64,000 nucleotides of DNA from positions 1 through 64,000 of the forward strand of contig CBFFRP010000428.1 in the NCBI GenBank assembly GCA_965644295.1, written 5' to 3'. Of the stretch, positions 1 through 12,189 are shown in pieces; position 1 is the first letter of the stretch; every line of letters begins with the position of its first letter. The DNA is from Paraphysomonas bandaiensis (Eukaryota; Protista; Chrysophyceae). The notes beneath the pieces are model-generated. The model ran no database searches, had not been told where the DNA came from, and saw only the letters and a list, made by a program, of their open reading frames with translations. The position numbers and the translations under genes were made by a program.

Positions 1-2501
1 TCCCTAATGCGGTCCTTGGATGTTTGCGTCGCGGGGCCAGGGTGAAGTGTCGTGAAGTTTACCCCACATGCATACCTGTGGGGCCGGCTTCATGGATTTG
101 CTATGACTGTGCGTTCACAGTGTCATCTCTAAGAATTCGCCCCATCCAAAGAAAGAGCCGCCGCATGTCTTGCTCTGACATTTCAATGTTAGAAAACAAG
201 TGCTCATATTTCGTGGCATGGTATGCGTATGCCTGTCGAAAGATAGGACAATGTATGCCGCGTCATGGGATGCCGACTCCGGAGCCTTCATACTTACAGG
301 CTATTATTGACCTTACTGTTCCAAAGCCTGAAGTCTTCTCCACGCCTACAATTTGGTGGAGGAGTTTGTCGACTCGAACTATGGTCCACTCTACGCTATC
401 CGGGCAGGAGCGGGACTCTGATTGGCTTTCTTCTCTGTTACCAGAAGTGTGGACTTGTGGCATGCTTCGGCAATATGCGGAAAATGTTGCTACCTACCGT
501 TGGAAGGGTAAGAGTAGTCAGACAGACGTTTTGTATCGTGTTCTAGTGGAGGCAACTCAGCGGTCTGAAATACGCCATGAAACTTACACATGTGATCATC
601 CTATCCTCGTGGTCGGCACTCTTGTGGGTGGTTGTTGCAATGACAATGGCCTCTATTCTATGGTGTTATGTGATTCAACCGGATGTAAAACCGTTGCGAT
701 TATCTCTTCATCGTCACATCTTGACGATAAATGTGATAATCTCAAGTACTGAATATGATCGCCCATTGCACTGCACACAAGACACCTCATCTGTTGGTCG
801 CATTATTAAATCCCTACGTACTTCTTGAAAAAAACCCTTCCCACAATGAGCAGAGTGCAGTGGTATTTGCTATTCTGTCAGCCTCTGAAGTATTTACTCT
901 AAGTCAATTGAATTTGCCGCCTAGAATTGAATTGGAGCACACGAGAACCGGGAATATATACCAATTTTCGGATTACATAAAGGTCCCACATTCATCCCTA
1001 TGCTTCTAGGACTGCAGTGGGTGCGACAACGAAACGACTTCCTCCCTTGGGGGTAAGACAGGTATTGATGACGGACACGTCTTTGCCACTTGATATGTCA
1101 ATGCTGCTACCCCCTGTCAAGGGAGTGGTCATAAGAAAGGAATATAGTAAAAGAAGCTGCAAGTCATTATTGTGGTCACACGATTAATTACAAAGGAAAT
1201 TACAAGAAAAGAAAACTATCCTCAGAAAAGGTTTTAATAGTATTGCGTGATGAGTCCTACACAGACAGTCTCCACGTCTATATGTTAAGCGATGTGGCAG
1301 CATCGTGCTTTGTGGGCTTCGTTGTCCAGCTACACAACTTTAATCTCAAACTTTCTGCTAGTAATAAGCGTCTATATTTAGATGGTGCGGCAGACACATT
1401 TGCTGGTACGTGGAAGCTTCATATTTTGAATTTTGTTTTAAGAACAACTTTTGTGTAGTTGTAGAGAATATACTGGGCATCGGTGCCCTTGTGGATATTT
1501 CACAGTCGGAAGAGTTGAAAAATAGTACTGATATGTCTCTTTTGAGTGAGTCTACGATACCACTGCCTCCCCCTTATATTACCATAGCTGACATATATCG
1601 ATACCGAAACCGATGTATGTGGACACTTTGTGGTCACATCTCTGCTGTGAAGAAGATATCTGTGTACATGAGATGCTGCAGGTGTTTCGCTTCTGCCAAC
1701 AGTGAAGCGATTTCTATTGCGAGACAGTTGAGGTGTGAATTTTCCTGTTCTCGGAACTGTTCACCAGGGTCGGAAAACTTTGAGCTATGGTGGTATGCTA
1801 GCTTTGCGGTGAATGACGGGACATCTGAAGCTGAAATGATTTTAGAAGGTCCCCCGTTACTTCGATTTTTTGAGGCTGCTCTTACTTTGTTACCTTCTGA
1901 GTGTTACAGTTTTGCCGACAGTAGTGCTACGAAAATAAACTCTGAGCGTAATGTTTTTTCGCAGTTTCGCCGGTTTCCAGATTTCAGGAAATGCATTGAA
2001 TCCGGAGTTCGTAGAACTGGTAAAAGCGTAAAGTATAAGCACTTCGAAGGTCAACTCTATGTTTCCGATTTCGATGGGGATGATTTATTTGAAGTTTCGG
2101 CTGGAGACGATGGTGAAGTGTATTTGTTCCCAACGCAGGGCGTATCGTCGTGTGACAATGGACGCAATGAAACCGCGAGTATTAATTATGATTGGGTACT
2201 TCGATTGCTCGTCCGTAGGTTAAGATGTTGCGTGCCCATGACGTTTGCAGTCACGTGCATTTTTTCAAGACATCATTCACCACAAAATGAACATGGTATT
2301 GAAGGCGGAGATAAAGTGGTTAAGAACAAATTAGTGCGGAATTTGAAAGTTCAACACTCTGGGGGTCCACAGTGGGCTATTGATAATGTTGTGTATCCCA
2401 GTGAGTGCTGTGAAATGCCAAGACTTCAGTGTCTAGACTTTAAAGAAAATAAAGTGCATGACACTGCCAGATACGGCTGGAATGTGTTACGATGTTTATG
2501 A
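1..2501 (+). CDS. CTC1: CST complex subunit CTC1-like multi-OB-fold protein (5' end outside window, intron-containing)
   Basis: Linked ORFs 24-752, 755-1009, 1243-1458 and 1410-2501. Motifs resemble my recollection of the CTC1 C-terminal OB folds: LRDESYTDSLHVY, GFVVQLHNFNLKLSASNKRLY, PPPYITIADI, LCGHISAVKKISVYMRCCRC...CSRNC (Zn ribbon), FAVNDGTSEAEM. Confidence 0.6.
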
Positions 2502-3004
2502 AGATCCTAAAAAATTGATGTTTTTGTGTCTATAAAGAGAAAGACACAACGCTTATAATTGACGGTGCTGGTGTATGCATTGCATATGTATGATTTCTGC
2601 AATCATTAATTGATTGGTGGAGTAGAAATTTTTCATTTTAACGAGGCCTCGTCATTATTGAACCTGAATTTGTAATTAATTTGTAACGAGTTTTATTATG
2701 TAGTCGCCACGCTAAAGCTAATGTGGCGAAATAAGCTAACCAGTTTGCCACTATAGGCTGAGTAATACCTTAAGTTTCAGGTTAACACTTCAGCAAACGG
2801 TGTTGCATTGTGTTGACTTTAAATATATCTATACTCTATACTACTATACTTGGTCTTAACCTACGGACGAGAAATATGAAATAAAGACACAAGACTTTCA
2901 CTCTATGCTGTATGCTGACATAATATATAAGAAACATAGATATAATAAAATTATAATCAACATCACTTTTCATTCACTGTCAATGTTGTCTCTACTCTCA
3001 TATA

Positions 3005-3510
3005 TTGAAAGTCTTATTATTACAGTAGCAATAGGCGTTAAAAACCTGCACCAACTTACTAGCTTAGTAGCTAGATGAATGCTAGACAAACTAGTTAGAC
3101 CTCTACCTGTAACTAATCAGTACACACGCTACGGAAGCTGCTTGTGCGTCGCCGCAAGCACCAAGGTGCTACCACTTCCGCTCTGAGTTCTCAAGGTGAA
3201 CATCTCGGATGCTTAACTTCAGCAGGCAGCCCAATTCCCCGGTTACCCTTCAGGTGGGCCCATTCCCGGATGCCCTTGAGGTGGGCCCATTCCCGGATGC
3301 CTGTTTATTCGTCAGGACCCAAAGACGTCTACACAAGTGACACTTATTGGTGTCCCTTCTTGTACCACATAAGCATTCGGCTATATGTGTGGGCAGAAGA
3401 ATATCTGCTGACTATGTTTGCGGCTCACGTTAGTTTCCCAGAGAGAATCTCTCCGGTACTTATCCCCCAGAACACCACGAAAAGGTGCGAGTCCGACTTT
3501 GTTGAGGGTG
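3005..3510 (+). repeat. Non-coding dispersed repeat family A, longest copy
   Basis: Segments recur at about 4025-4213 (inverted), 30975-31305 (inverted), 31417-31640 and 55762-55875. Shared blocks: gcttgtgcgtcgccgcaagcaccaaggtgc and cccattcccggatgcctgtttattcgtca. Confidence 0.85.
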
Positions 3511-4024
3511 TCTCTACTCTCTACTACCAATATTGTCATACCACTGAAGTATATATCATGATCTTATATTTTGTTTTACTACTATATATGACTGCCTTCA
3601 TGACATTGATTCTAATAATACTGTTAACTAAAAAACAGTATTATTCAAGTAACAGTCATAATTTAAATATCTTGACTACAGCTTTTAGATGGCAGGCGAT
3701 TAGAATTACTGAAGTGCGAAATGTAAGAGTTAGCTATATTGTATGTCACAAAATGTTGCTATCGATTGCAAGTGTGTAATAATTTTTGGTTTACTCACTA
3801 CACTTTACACTTTGATATTTAGTAACAATATCTCAGTTTAAGCAATATAAGAGCGTATGAAGAATCTATGAATCTATATAATAGTTTCTAGCCCTCATTC
3901 AGCAATGATTATCTCATCTTAGTTTACAGTTTGCCAATATTAGGTATATATATTATCTACAATTGAACACGCGCCAGTCAGTCCTAAGACACACGAGCAG
4001 GGAGAAACTCACAAACAACATTAA

Positions 4025-4213
4025 GAGCGGAAGTGGTTGCACCTTGGTGCTTGCGGCGACGCACAAGCAGCTTCTGTAGCGCTAAATAGTAGGATAATAG
4101 AATTTGTGCTAATTAGTTATGGGTAGAGGTCTAACTAGTAGGTCTAGCATTCAACTAGCCACTATATCGGAACGAGTTTTTAACGCCTATTGCTAAATAA
4201 AAACACTTTCAAT
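4025..4213 (-). repeat. Repeat family A, 5' part, inverted relative to 3005-3185
   Basis: agagcggaagtggttgcaccttggtgcttgcggcgacgcacaagc...tttttaacgcctattgcta is an imperfect reverse complement of about 3025-3184. Confidence 0.85.
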
Positions 4214-4712
4214 AAAAAAAATGAGTAATTGATAGATGCTGGCGGCGTAGTTTTCGTAGCCTTGAAAAGTGTGTATTAATTTTAAAAGTGCACTTTGTCA
4301 ATAATTCATATTGTTAATAATAATGCAGTATGTATGTATATATAGTGTGTCGGAGGTCGGAGTAGAACAAAAAGAAAGCGCAAAGAACGTTGAGTGTATA
4401 TTTCAAATAGCCAATATTTTGTAACAGATCATCAGATCTCCATGTTAATACACTTCCTATGAGGTTTTTCTTTTGATCTAAATGTAAGAGGTACTAACGT
4501 ACTAACATTCTAACAATAAAAATAGATATTTATAATCAAGCGTCAAATCATTGGCATTGCAATTAATAGTGCTTTACAAACGCCTCATTCAACGATATCG
4601 TGTTGGCAATTTGGTGCGTCCTTTCGGTTGTATTCAAGTGAACAAATGGCCTCGGCTTCCTCACCATTCTCTATCTCTTCTTTGTCAGTATAAAACGCTA
4701 TAAATTAGGCCA

Positions 4713-5909
4713 TGTTGAGAAACGCTCATTTTACACTAGATCACAGAGAGAATTTGTCGTAAGACTAGATAGATTTATTAATATCGTTTACACGAAGTTG
4801 TGATAACCAACACTAACTCATTATAATCCCTGCATAATATCCTACATATGCGAACCTCTCGTTACTGAACATATCTTGAACGATCAAACTATTTCAGTTT
4901 CTCAATATCATCACAGCATTTGTACATCACTATATTTCACTGTATTCTCGTACATTGTCTTGAAGTGACATACTGAATATACTAGAATAAGATCCATATT
5001 CTAATACTCCCACTCAATGTAGAATGCAGTGAGATAAAACAACAGTGATCACAATAATCTGATAATGCTATGACTATCTAGTCCCATAGGTAAAAACAGA
5101 TGTGAAATCTTTTAAAGATACATATATATCTAGCAGTCAACTAGATATACAGTTATGTGGGATTTTCACCCACTAAAACACACCTTTAACCTCTTCGGGG
5201 TCGTTTCTTCTGCTGCTCCTCCACACTGTTAGACACACTCCTCTTAACCCCGGTAATCGTTTTCTCATGACGGCTGAAGATCTTCGTGGACAACGCCTTT
5301 GTAAAAATATCGGCCGCCATATCATCCGTAGATACATGAATCAATTTTGCTGTAGGAAATTTGCCATTAACATGTTCTCTTATCCAGTGATACTTGATGT
5401 CAATATGCTTCGACCTCTTATGATACACTGGATTCTCTGAAAGATCCTTTGCACTCTTACTATCCATAAAGAATGGAGTCGGCTTCGCTACCAAGAGTCC
5501 GAGCTCCTTGAACACCCCCCGAAGCCACACCAGTTCTTGCAAAGCCGCATACTCCGCCATATACTCAGATTCCATGCTCGAAGTCGCAACTGTGGTCTGA
5601 AGCTTGGACTGCCAGGCCAAAGCGCCCGCACATAAAAGCACGATGTATCCCGTTGTGGACCGCCTAGTCATCCTATCACCAGCCCAGTCTGAATCACTGA
5701 ATACATGTAAATCAAACTCACTCCCACTGAATCTGATTCCCTTATCAACTGTACCACGTAAATATTTCAACAAATGAATAGCTAATCTGCAAGTCGCATA
5801 TGTTGGAGAAGTACTAAATCGAGCCAATAACCCCACAGCGTAAGCCAGATCAGGTCTAGTGTGAATCGCCAAATGCAACACCGCTCCAATAATTCCTCTA
5901 TACGGAAAT
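4713..5909 (-). mobile_element. 3' fragment of Copia family 3 (RT end, RNase H, PPT, 3' LTR 4713-5006)
   Basis: Near-identical to 54196-55395. ORF 5186-5881 has SDSDWAGD, KHIDIKYHWIRE and ADIFTKAL. 294-bp LTR. Homology stops abruptly at 5909. Confidence 0.95.
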
Positions 5910-6023
5910 CTACTAGTCTACATGTTATTATTTTTTAATTCATATGATCGCACGCTGCAATTCATGTTCCTTATTTCATTGCACGAAATACTTCGCACTG
6001 AACATACACTGCAACAGTAGCAA

Positions 6024-8100
6024 CTAATCGACCTTAATAGCGCCATAGATTTTGCGAACAAACCACAGACACGCAAAGAAACCGATAGCACCTGTAACCA
6101 TCATAAAAGTGATGGAAATCATGGACATATATGCGAAGTATAGCACAGTAGGCACGAATCCTTCAATGTCTAGCTTGGACATGTAGTACCAGACGGAATA
6201 GAGAAAGAGGTATGCCCCAGAGGAACCAGAGGAAAGGTACGAACGCCACCACCACCTATAATCTTCATTACATAGCTGGAAGTAGCACATGACGATGGTA
6301 ATCTCCGCGCAAGTTACCACCAAGATGATCAGTACTACGAATAAAAACCCGAAAACAAAGTAGAGCTGCGCATACGTAATCACGAACGCACAACCGACTA
6401 CATGTACGTACCTGGTGCAACCACATGGCAGACATGATAAAAAATAACTCGATACAGACCGCACCAAAAGGCAAAATGCCACCTAGAGCGACACTGAATA
6501 TGGGGTTTGTGTACCACACTTGATCTGGAATATGTCTCGCAATTTGATTGGTTCGTACAGGTACCTCGATGGTCTCCTTTCTAAAACCAAAATAGCTACC
6601 CACAAAGACCAGTGGAGTACTGACACCGAACCACAACAGCAGCACCGAGAGGAGAGTCGTGAACGGGGCCGTAGTGGAGGAGCCCTGCTGGGATACAACC
6701 ACATTTGTTCCCAAGAATATGACCCCCATAATAAGAGGGTAGAGAAGCGCCGTGAGAACAGTATTTCGTTTCCATTCCTTACCGTGGAAGAGTTTGTACA
6801 CTCGTGCAGACCAGTACCCAGCACAGGAGCCCATAAACACAAAGATCAATAAGAGAGCTGTAACCAGGCTACCCTTGTTGGAGGGAGAAAGGAGACCCAG
6901 TAAAGCACAAACCATAGTAAAGCATGTCATCGCCAGAAGTTGGACTCCTGTTCCTGCAAGCACTGATAGTAGCATTGGAGAAAAGGAGGGAGGACGGAAC
7001 ACATCGCCGTGCACAAGTTTCCATCCAGACTCCTCCTGAGCTTCCTCAAGAGTTTGCATTTCATTGTAGGTAGAAATGTCCTTATGCAGGGTGCGCAGCA
7101 TGATCATTGCCACCACACCAGTAAGAAAGAGAACGATCATGAGAGAATTCACAATGGAAAAGTAGTGGATCTCGTCATCGGGGTTTCCCTTTAGATACAC
7201 ATCCCATCGGTTTGACCAAAGTAGATCAGAGGGCTCCCATTTTACATCGTACGTGTAAATAACCTGAGATACATGTGAGGGGCATACTCTAGCGCTGAAA
7301 TACAAAAGGAACTTACTTCGTCTGGGGAGTCGACACCTTGGAATTTCTCGGGGTTGTGGACAGCTGGGCTGAACTGGTTGCAGGTTTTAAGCACTGTGTC
7401 AGCTTTGTCAAAGTCAGCTTTCGCTTCATCATACTCGTGCTTAATAGAAAATGGGACAACCTCAAAACCCACTATACGACTGCCCTCGTAAGCTGTTGGA
7501 TCCTCAGCATAGCGTACGATAATGCGGACGTGATTGTATAGGAAATGGTGGGACTTGGATCCAGTTTTGGCGGTGAATCCGACAGGATACCCGCGAGTAA
7601 CATACCCCAACTCATCATTGCGCACTGCAACAGGAAGTCCATCCAATAACCAGTGAATACGATACTCTTGGTCAATCATTTGTCTAAACTTCATCATGTC
7701 ATCTTTCTTGTGATTTTTTCTGCATAAAATCACACATGACTCGTCCTGCTTCATACGAAGCTGAAAATACACATTACTAGTGAAGTGATGAGTGTCATGG
7801 TTCTTACAATATAAGGCGACGTTGTTTCTCTATCGCCAGAGAGTCGTTCCCCCAGATTATCGGCCTTCCCTCTGGTGTGTTTACGCTTGCAAAACGGCAA
7901 ATCATAATAATCAAAAGGCACCTGTGCCTTAGTGGACGTGACTTGATTAGCCTTCAGAGCAACCTGATATAGTGTGAGATGAGGGAGAGGAGGGTAGCAG
8001 GGCTTACATGATCCCCCTCTCTGAAGGAGGAGACAGTTACACCGGGGAGACTGTAGCCATGAGCCACTGATAATAGCACGAACCACACCGCCGCTATCAT
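6024..8100 (-). CDS. TM9SF: Transmembrane 9 superfamily protein (nonaspanin/EMP70)
   Basis: Signal peptide MIAAVWFVLLSVAHGYSLPGV (ATG 8100), DYYDLPFC, IHYFSIVNS, ESGWKLVHGDVFRPP, GGILPFGA, C-terminal KIYGAIKVD. GT-AG introns join the ORFs. Confidence 0.95.
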
Positions 8101-8582
8101 ATCTACACCCTGTCCTTAACTCGGCAACTTCCACCTGGGAGCTGGTTACTCAAAGGTGATATCGGAGTAGGAGTTGCTTATGGAGATGAGCTCTGCTCTA
8201 CACAGCACACGCCACATACCGCTGTACATACATGTATATATACATATACAGCCAGAGGATGCACTTTGATCACCTCTCAGGCGAGATATACAGAGCAATA
8301 CAGAGCACAGTACAGCAGTATACACACATCCAGTACTACTGTATACATATCGTAGTACTGCTGTATCCATACTGTACTGGAGTGTAGGAAGCATATACGT
8401 GGTAGTATACATACCTATTCTGTATTCGTATTCGCTCCTAGAGTCTGAGTGTGTAGGGCCGGGTGGGTATCTATGAGCTACAGCTGGATATGTACGCCAC
8501 TGCTGCCTGTCTGATGGAAGGGCTGCATATTCGTTAGCAGTCCTTCGACTATATTACATAGCAGCCGAACAAGCACACGAGC

Positions 8583-10506
8583 ATGGCGGAGTTTGAGGAC
8601 AATGAGTTCGGATTTGGCAACGGGTTCAAGGCGAGCGATCTGTTTCAAGGCGTGAGATCGTGTCAGGCCTACACATTCGACGACATAACTCTGCTGCCTG
8701 GTCTCTATACCTGCTGCTGTATCTGTTGATGATGATGTGCTGGGTGCAGGGTATGTGGACGGTGAGGCGGGGGAGGTGTCGCTGGAGTCGAGTGTATGCA
8801 GAGGCGTTAAACTGAAGGTCACAGAAGAAGAATTATATGGCTGTAACTCATAATGATGTAGTTGCCGCTTGTATCTTCTCCGATGGACACTGTCACAGAG
8901 CACAAAACTGCAATTGCGATGGCTCTTCAAGGAGCGCTGGGTGTTATTCATTACAACATGACAGTCGAAGAGCAGGTTCATGAAGTCCGCTTGGTTAAAC
9001 AGTTCAAGAGTGGATTCATTACTAATCCAGCGTGTCTCTCTCCATCAGATACCGTGAGGCATGTTGACAACTTAAAGGAAACCTTTGGATATAGTGGTAT
9101 TCCCATAACAGAGGATGGAAAGATGGGCAGCAAGTTGATGGGTATTGTCACTGGAAGAGATATTGACTTTATTGAGGACAAAGACACTCCGCTAGGGCAG
9201 CTAATGACTCGTGATCTTATCACAGGTTTGAAATAATTGATTAGTAATTAGTTGCTTTATTTAAGTGGAATGTTAGCGAATGAAGGAGTATCTCTCAGTG
9301 AAGCCAATGAAATACTGCGCAGGAGTAAGCGTGGCAAGCTTCCAGTAGTTAACAAGGCGGGCGCAATCGTGGCACTGATATCCCGAACAGGCGCGTTATA
9401 ATTGTTGTAGTAAATATAATTGTGATAGTAATACAGATTTGATGAAACGACTGGAATACCCTGATGCTTCGGTGGACCCCTCGAAGAGACTCCTTTGCGG
9501 GGCGGCCATAGGAACTCGGCCGAACGATAAGGATCGGTGCAAGGTGAGTCTAATGTTAGGTAATGTTGCATACGTATTTCCTAAAATAAGTGTAGGCACT
9601 GGTTGAGGCTGGAGTTGATGTGATCGTGATAGACTCTTCTCAAGGGGACTCCATATATCAACTTGATATGATTACGCACATCAAAGAGATATATCCACAC
9701 ATTCGCGTTATTGGCGGCAATGTAGTCACTCGCCGTCAAGCCTACCACCTGATTAAAGCGGGTGTTGACGGATTGCGTGTGGGTATGGGATCGGGGTCAA
9801 TATGCACCACACAAGAGGTCTGTGCAGTGGGGAGAGCACAGGCGACAGCTGTGTTTTGCGTCTCCCGTGTGGCCAACAGGTTCGGTGTTCCGGTAATAGC
9901 AGACGGAGGAATATCCTCTACCGGACATATTGTTAAGGCCTTATCCGTAGGAGCGTCTGCTGTCATGTGTGGATCCCTGCTTGCCGGTATGTATCTCTCT
10001 CGAACTTACTATCTATGTCGTACACGTATTGAAAGTTTTCTATGGAAGTTGTGCGGTTCAGTTCCGTTGATGGCTCTGTATATATGCATAGGGACGGAGG
10101 AGTCTCCAGGCGAGTTCTATTTCGAGGGTGGTGTCCGTTTAAAGCGGTACCGAGGTATGGACAGTTGTATTCTATGCTTTCCTTGACTGCGTAGGTCGTT
10201 TGTGATACTCTGTTGCTTCTAGGTATGGGGTCGATTGATGCAATGTCGAAGGGATCAGAAAAGCGGTACTTTGCCTCTGGGGCTGCTGTTAAGGTCGCGC
10301 AGGGTGTCTCCGGGGCAGTTGTGGACAAAGGATCTCTAAAGCAATACTTACCCTACCTATCAGACGAAGTTAAACGAGGCGTACAAGAAGTAGGAGTGAT
10401 GTCTGTGCCGGAGTTACACTGCAGGAACAGCAACGGGGAGTTGAAGTTCGAACTACGGTCACCGGCAGCCCAAAGAGAAGGTGGTGGATATGGTGGTTTA
10501 AAGTAG
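8583..10506 (+). CDS. IMPDH: Inosine-5'-monophosphate dehydrogenase with CBS pair
   Basis: [44 protein letters not shown] (catalytic Cys), ADGGIS, YRGMGS, VAQGVSG. Multiple short introns. Confidence 0.96.
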
Positions 10507-10784
10507 CCTAACGTACAACTGCTGCTGAACACTTAGTATGTAGGAAGTTATGTGGAGAAGGCACTTTAGGACATTTTTGTAGGTTACTATCATAGTTTTC
10601 AACAGCTCTGATGTACAGTCGTTTGCCAAGAGGGATACCTATTTAATTGTATTTTGTATTCAATCATAAGCCAAGTATATCATTGACATAAGTGCACTGA
10701 AATAGCTATAAGTGATATATATCGCTGAAGTGAAGATTGCTTTGTCGCACTCATTGTATTTCAAAGAATATAATTATCGATTTA

Positions 10785-10925
10785 AACACTTCACATAACA
10801 TCTGGTGAATAACTGTTCACCTTTGCATTTGCGCATCATATACTCACCAAATAACATAACCTAATATCTAATAAAGACGTACATCGGTAACTGTATTACT
10901 ACTACTTGGATTGCACACCTGTTGT
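10785..10925 (+). repeat. Degenerate dispersed repeat family B (palindromic GTGAACA..TGTTCAC core)
   Basis: Similar blocks at about 36630-36800 (+) and 30180-30300 (-). Confidence 0.55.
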
Positions 10926-11148
10926 ACACGACTATCTAAATTCAATAGTTCAATAGCACCATGTCTACATGTCATATTTAACGGTGGCTTTGGGGCAGTC
11001 GTTTCGTCGTTTCTCCATATATATCTTTCCACTGACTCTATTGTGTTTAACGAAACTATAAATACATCAAGAATACTTTAATGCAAGCAGAACACCACTC
11101 ACATGTGCACAAGCATCTGATGTCCTATACATCCTCGGCAGTCATGTG

Positions 11149-11150
<2 letters not shown>

Positions 11151-11180
<30 letters not shown>

Positions 11181-11450
11181 TGTATGTATGTATGTATGTA
11201 TGTATGTATGTATGTATGTATGTATGTATGTATGTATGTATGTATGTATGTATGTATGTATGTATGTATGTATGTATGTATGTATGTATGTATGTATGTA
11301 TGTATGTATGTATGTATGTATGTATGTATGTATGTATGTATGTATGTATGTATGTATGTATGTATGTATGTATGTATGTATGTATGTATGTATGTATGTA
11401 TGTATGTATGTATGTATGTATGTATGTATGTATGTATGTATGTATGTATG
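11151..11450. repeat. (TATG)n microsatellite, about 75 units
   Basis: Directly visible perfect array. Confidence 0.99.
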
Positions 11451-12189
11451 TGTCGTGAGGTACACCACTCGCTCCGTTTTCCGGTGCTGCTGTTTTTTGA
11501 GGTGCCATTCTTTAGTGTGTTTTTTATCATCGGAATTGCAATCGGATCTTCATATAGATATACATGTATGTATATTCCTTTAAAATCATCATATTTGTAC
11601 ACTCCTGTCATAATAAATACACCAATACATAAGAATGGATAGTTTCTGTGGTTAGTCACATCAACACTGATATCTGGTTGAAATATCAGATGATGGGGAG
11701 TGAGAGGGATGTATTCCTGGTCCTCTGAACCTGGTGATGTAGTCAGCGTTGTTGCCGCTTCCTGTAAGCTCATTGTTTGTATTTTTAGGGGAGATAATCA
11801 TTCAGCTGCTATGTAGACAATAGCGAGTCTTCCATGCGCAGACCTCACTTCATTATTAGTCTCATTTGTAGTGTATTTGCGGATATATATCGGATCTATG
11901 CGATATATGGCTTCATTGTGTTTGTGTCATCTGCGTTGAAGTGTAGGTATTTGAGTGGAAGAGTATATAAGTGTGTTATATTGTCTCTTGTTGCATTCTG
12001 CTGCTTGTTTACATGATTATAGATGCTAGTGCTACACATAACCTTGTTATTATTACTTATTCTCGTTACAATATTTTAAGACTGTGTTTTCACGAATATT
12101 GAAGTCGTCATCTTATGGCATATCAGCATAGATTACCTATTCACCAGCTATACATGTATATACTCAGTGTGTTCATGTTCATGCAACAG

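Noticed and set aside
3480-3505. tRNA/SINE B-box-like GGTGCGAGTCC in repeat family A
   Set aside because: Mismatch at the invariant TTC, no T-stem pairing and no A box found.
3144-3779. 211-aa ORF
   Set aside because: Runs through repeat family A, whose other copies have frame-breaking indels, then into AT-rich DNA. No recognisable motifs.
11081-11642. MYVC/HTYI repeat ORFs (also at 27639-28790 and 60937-61662)
   Set aside because: Stop-free translations of (TATG)n microsatellites in all frames; not proteins.
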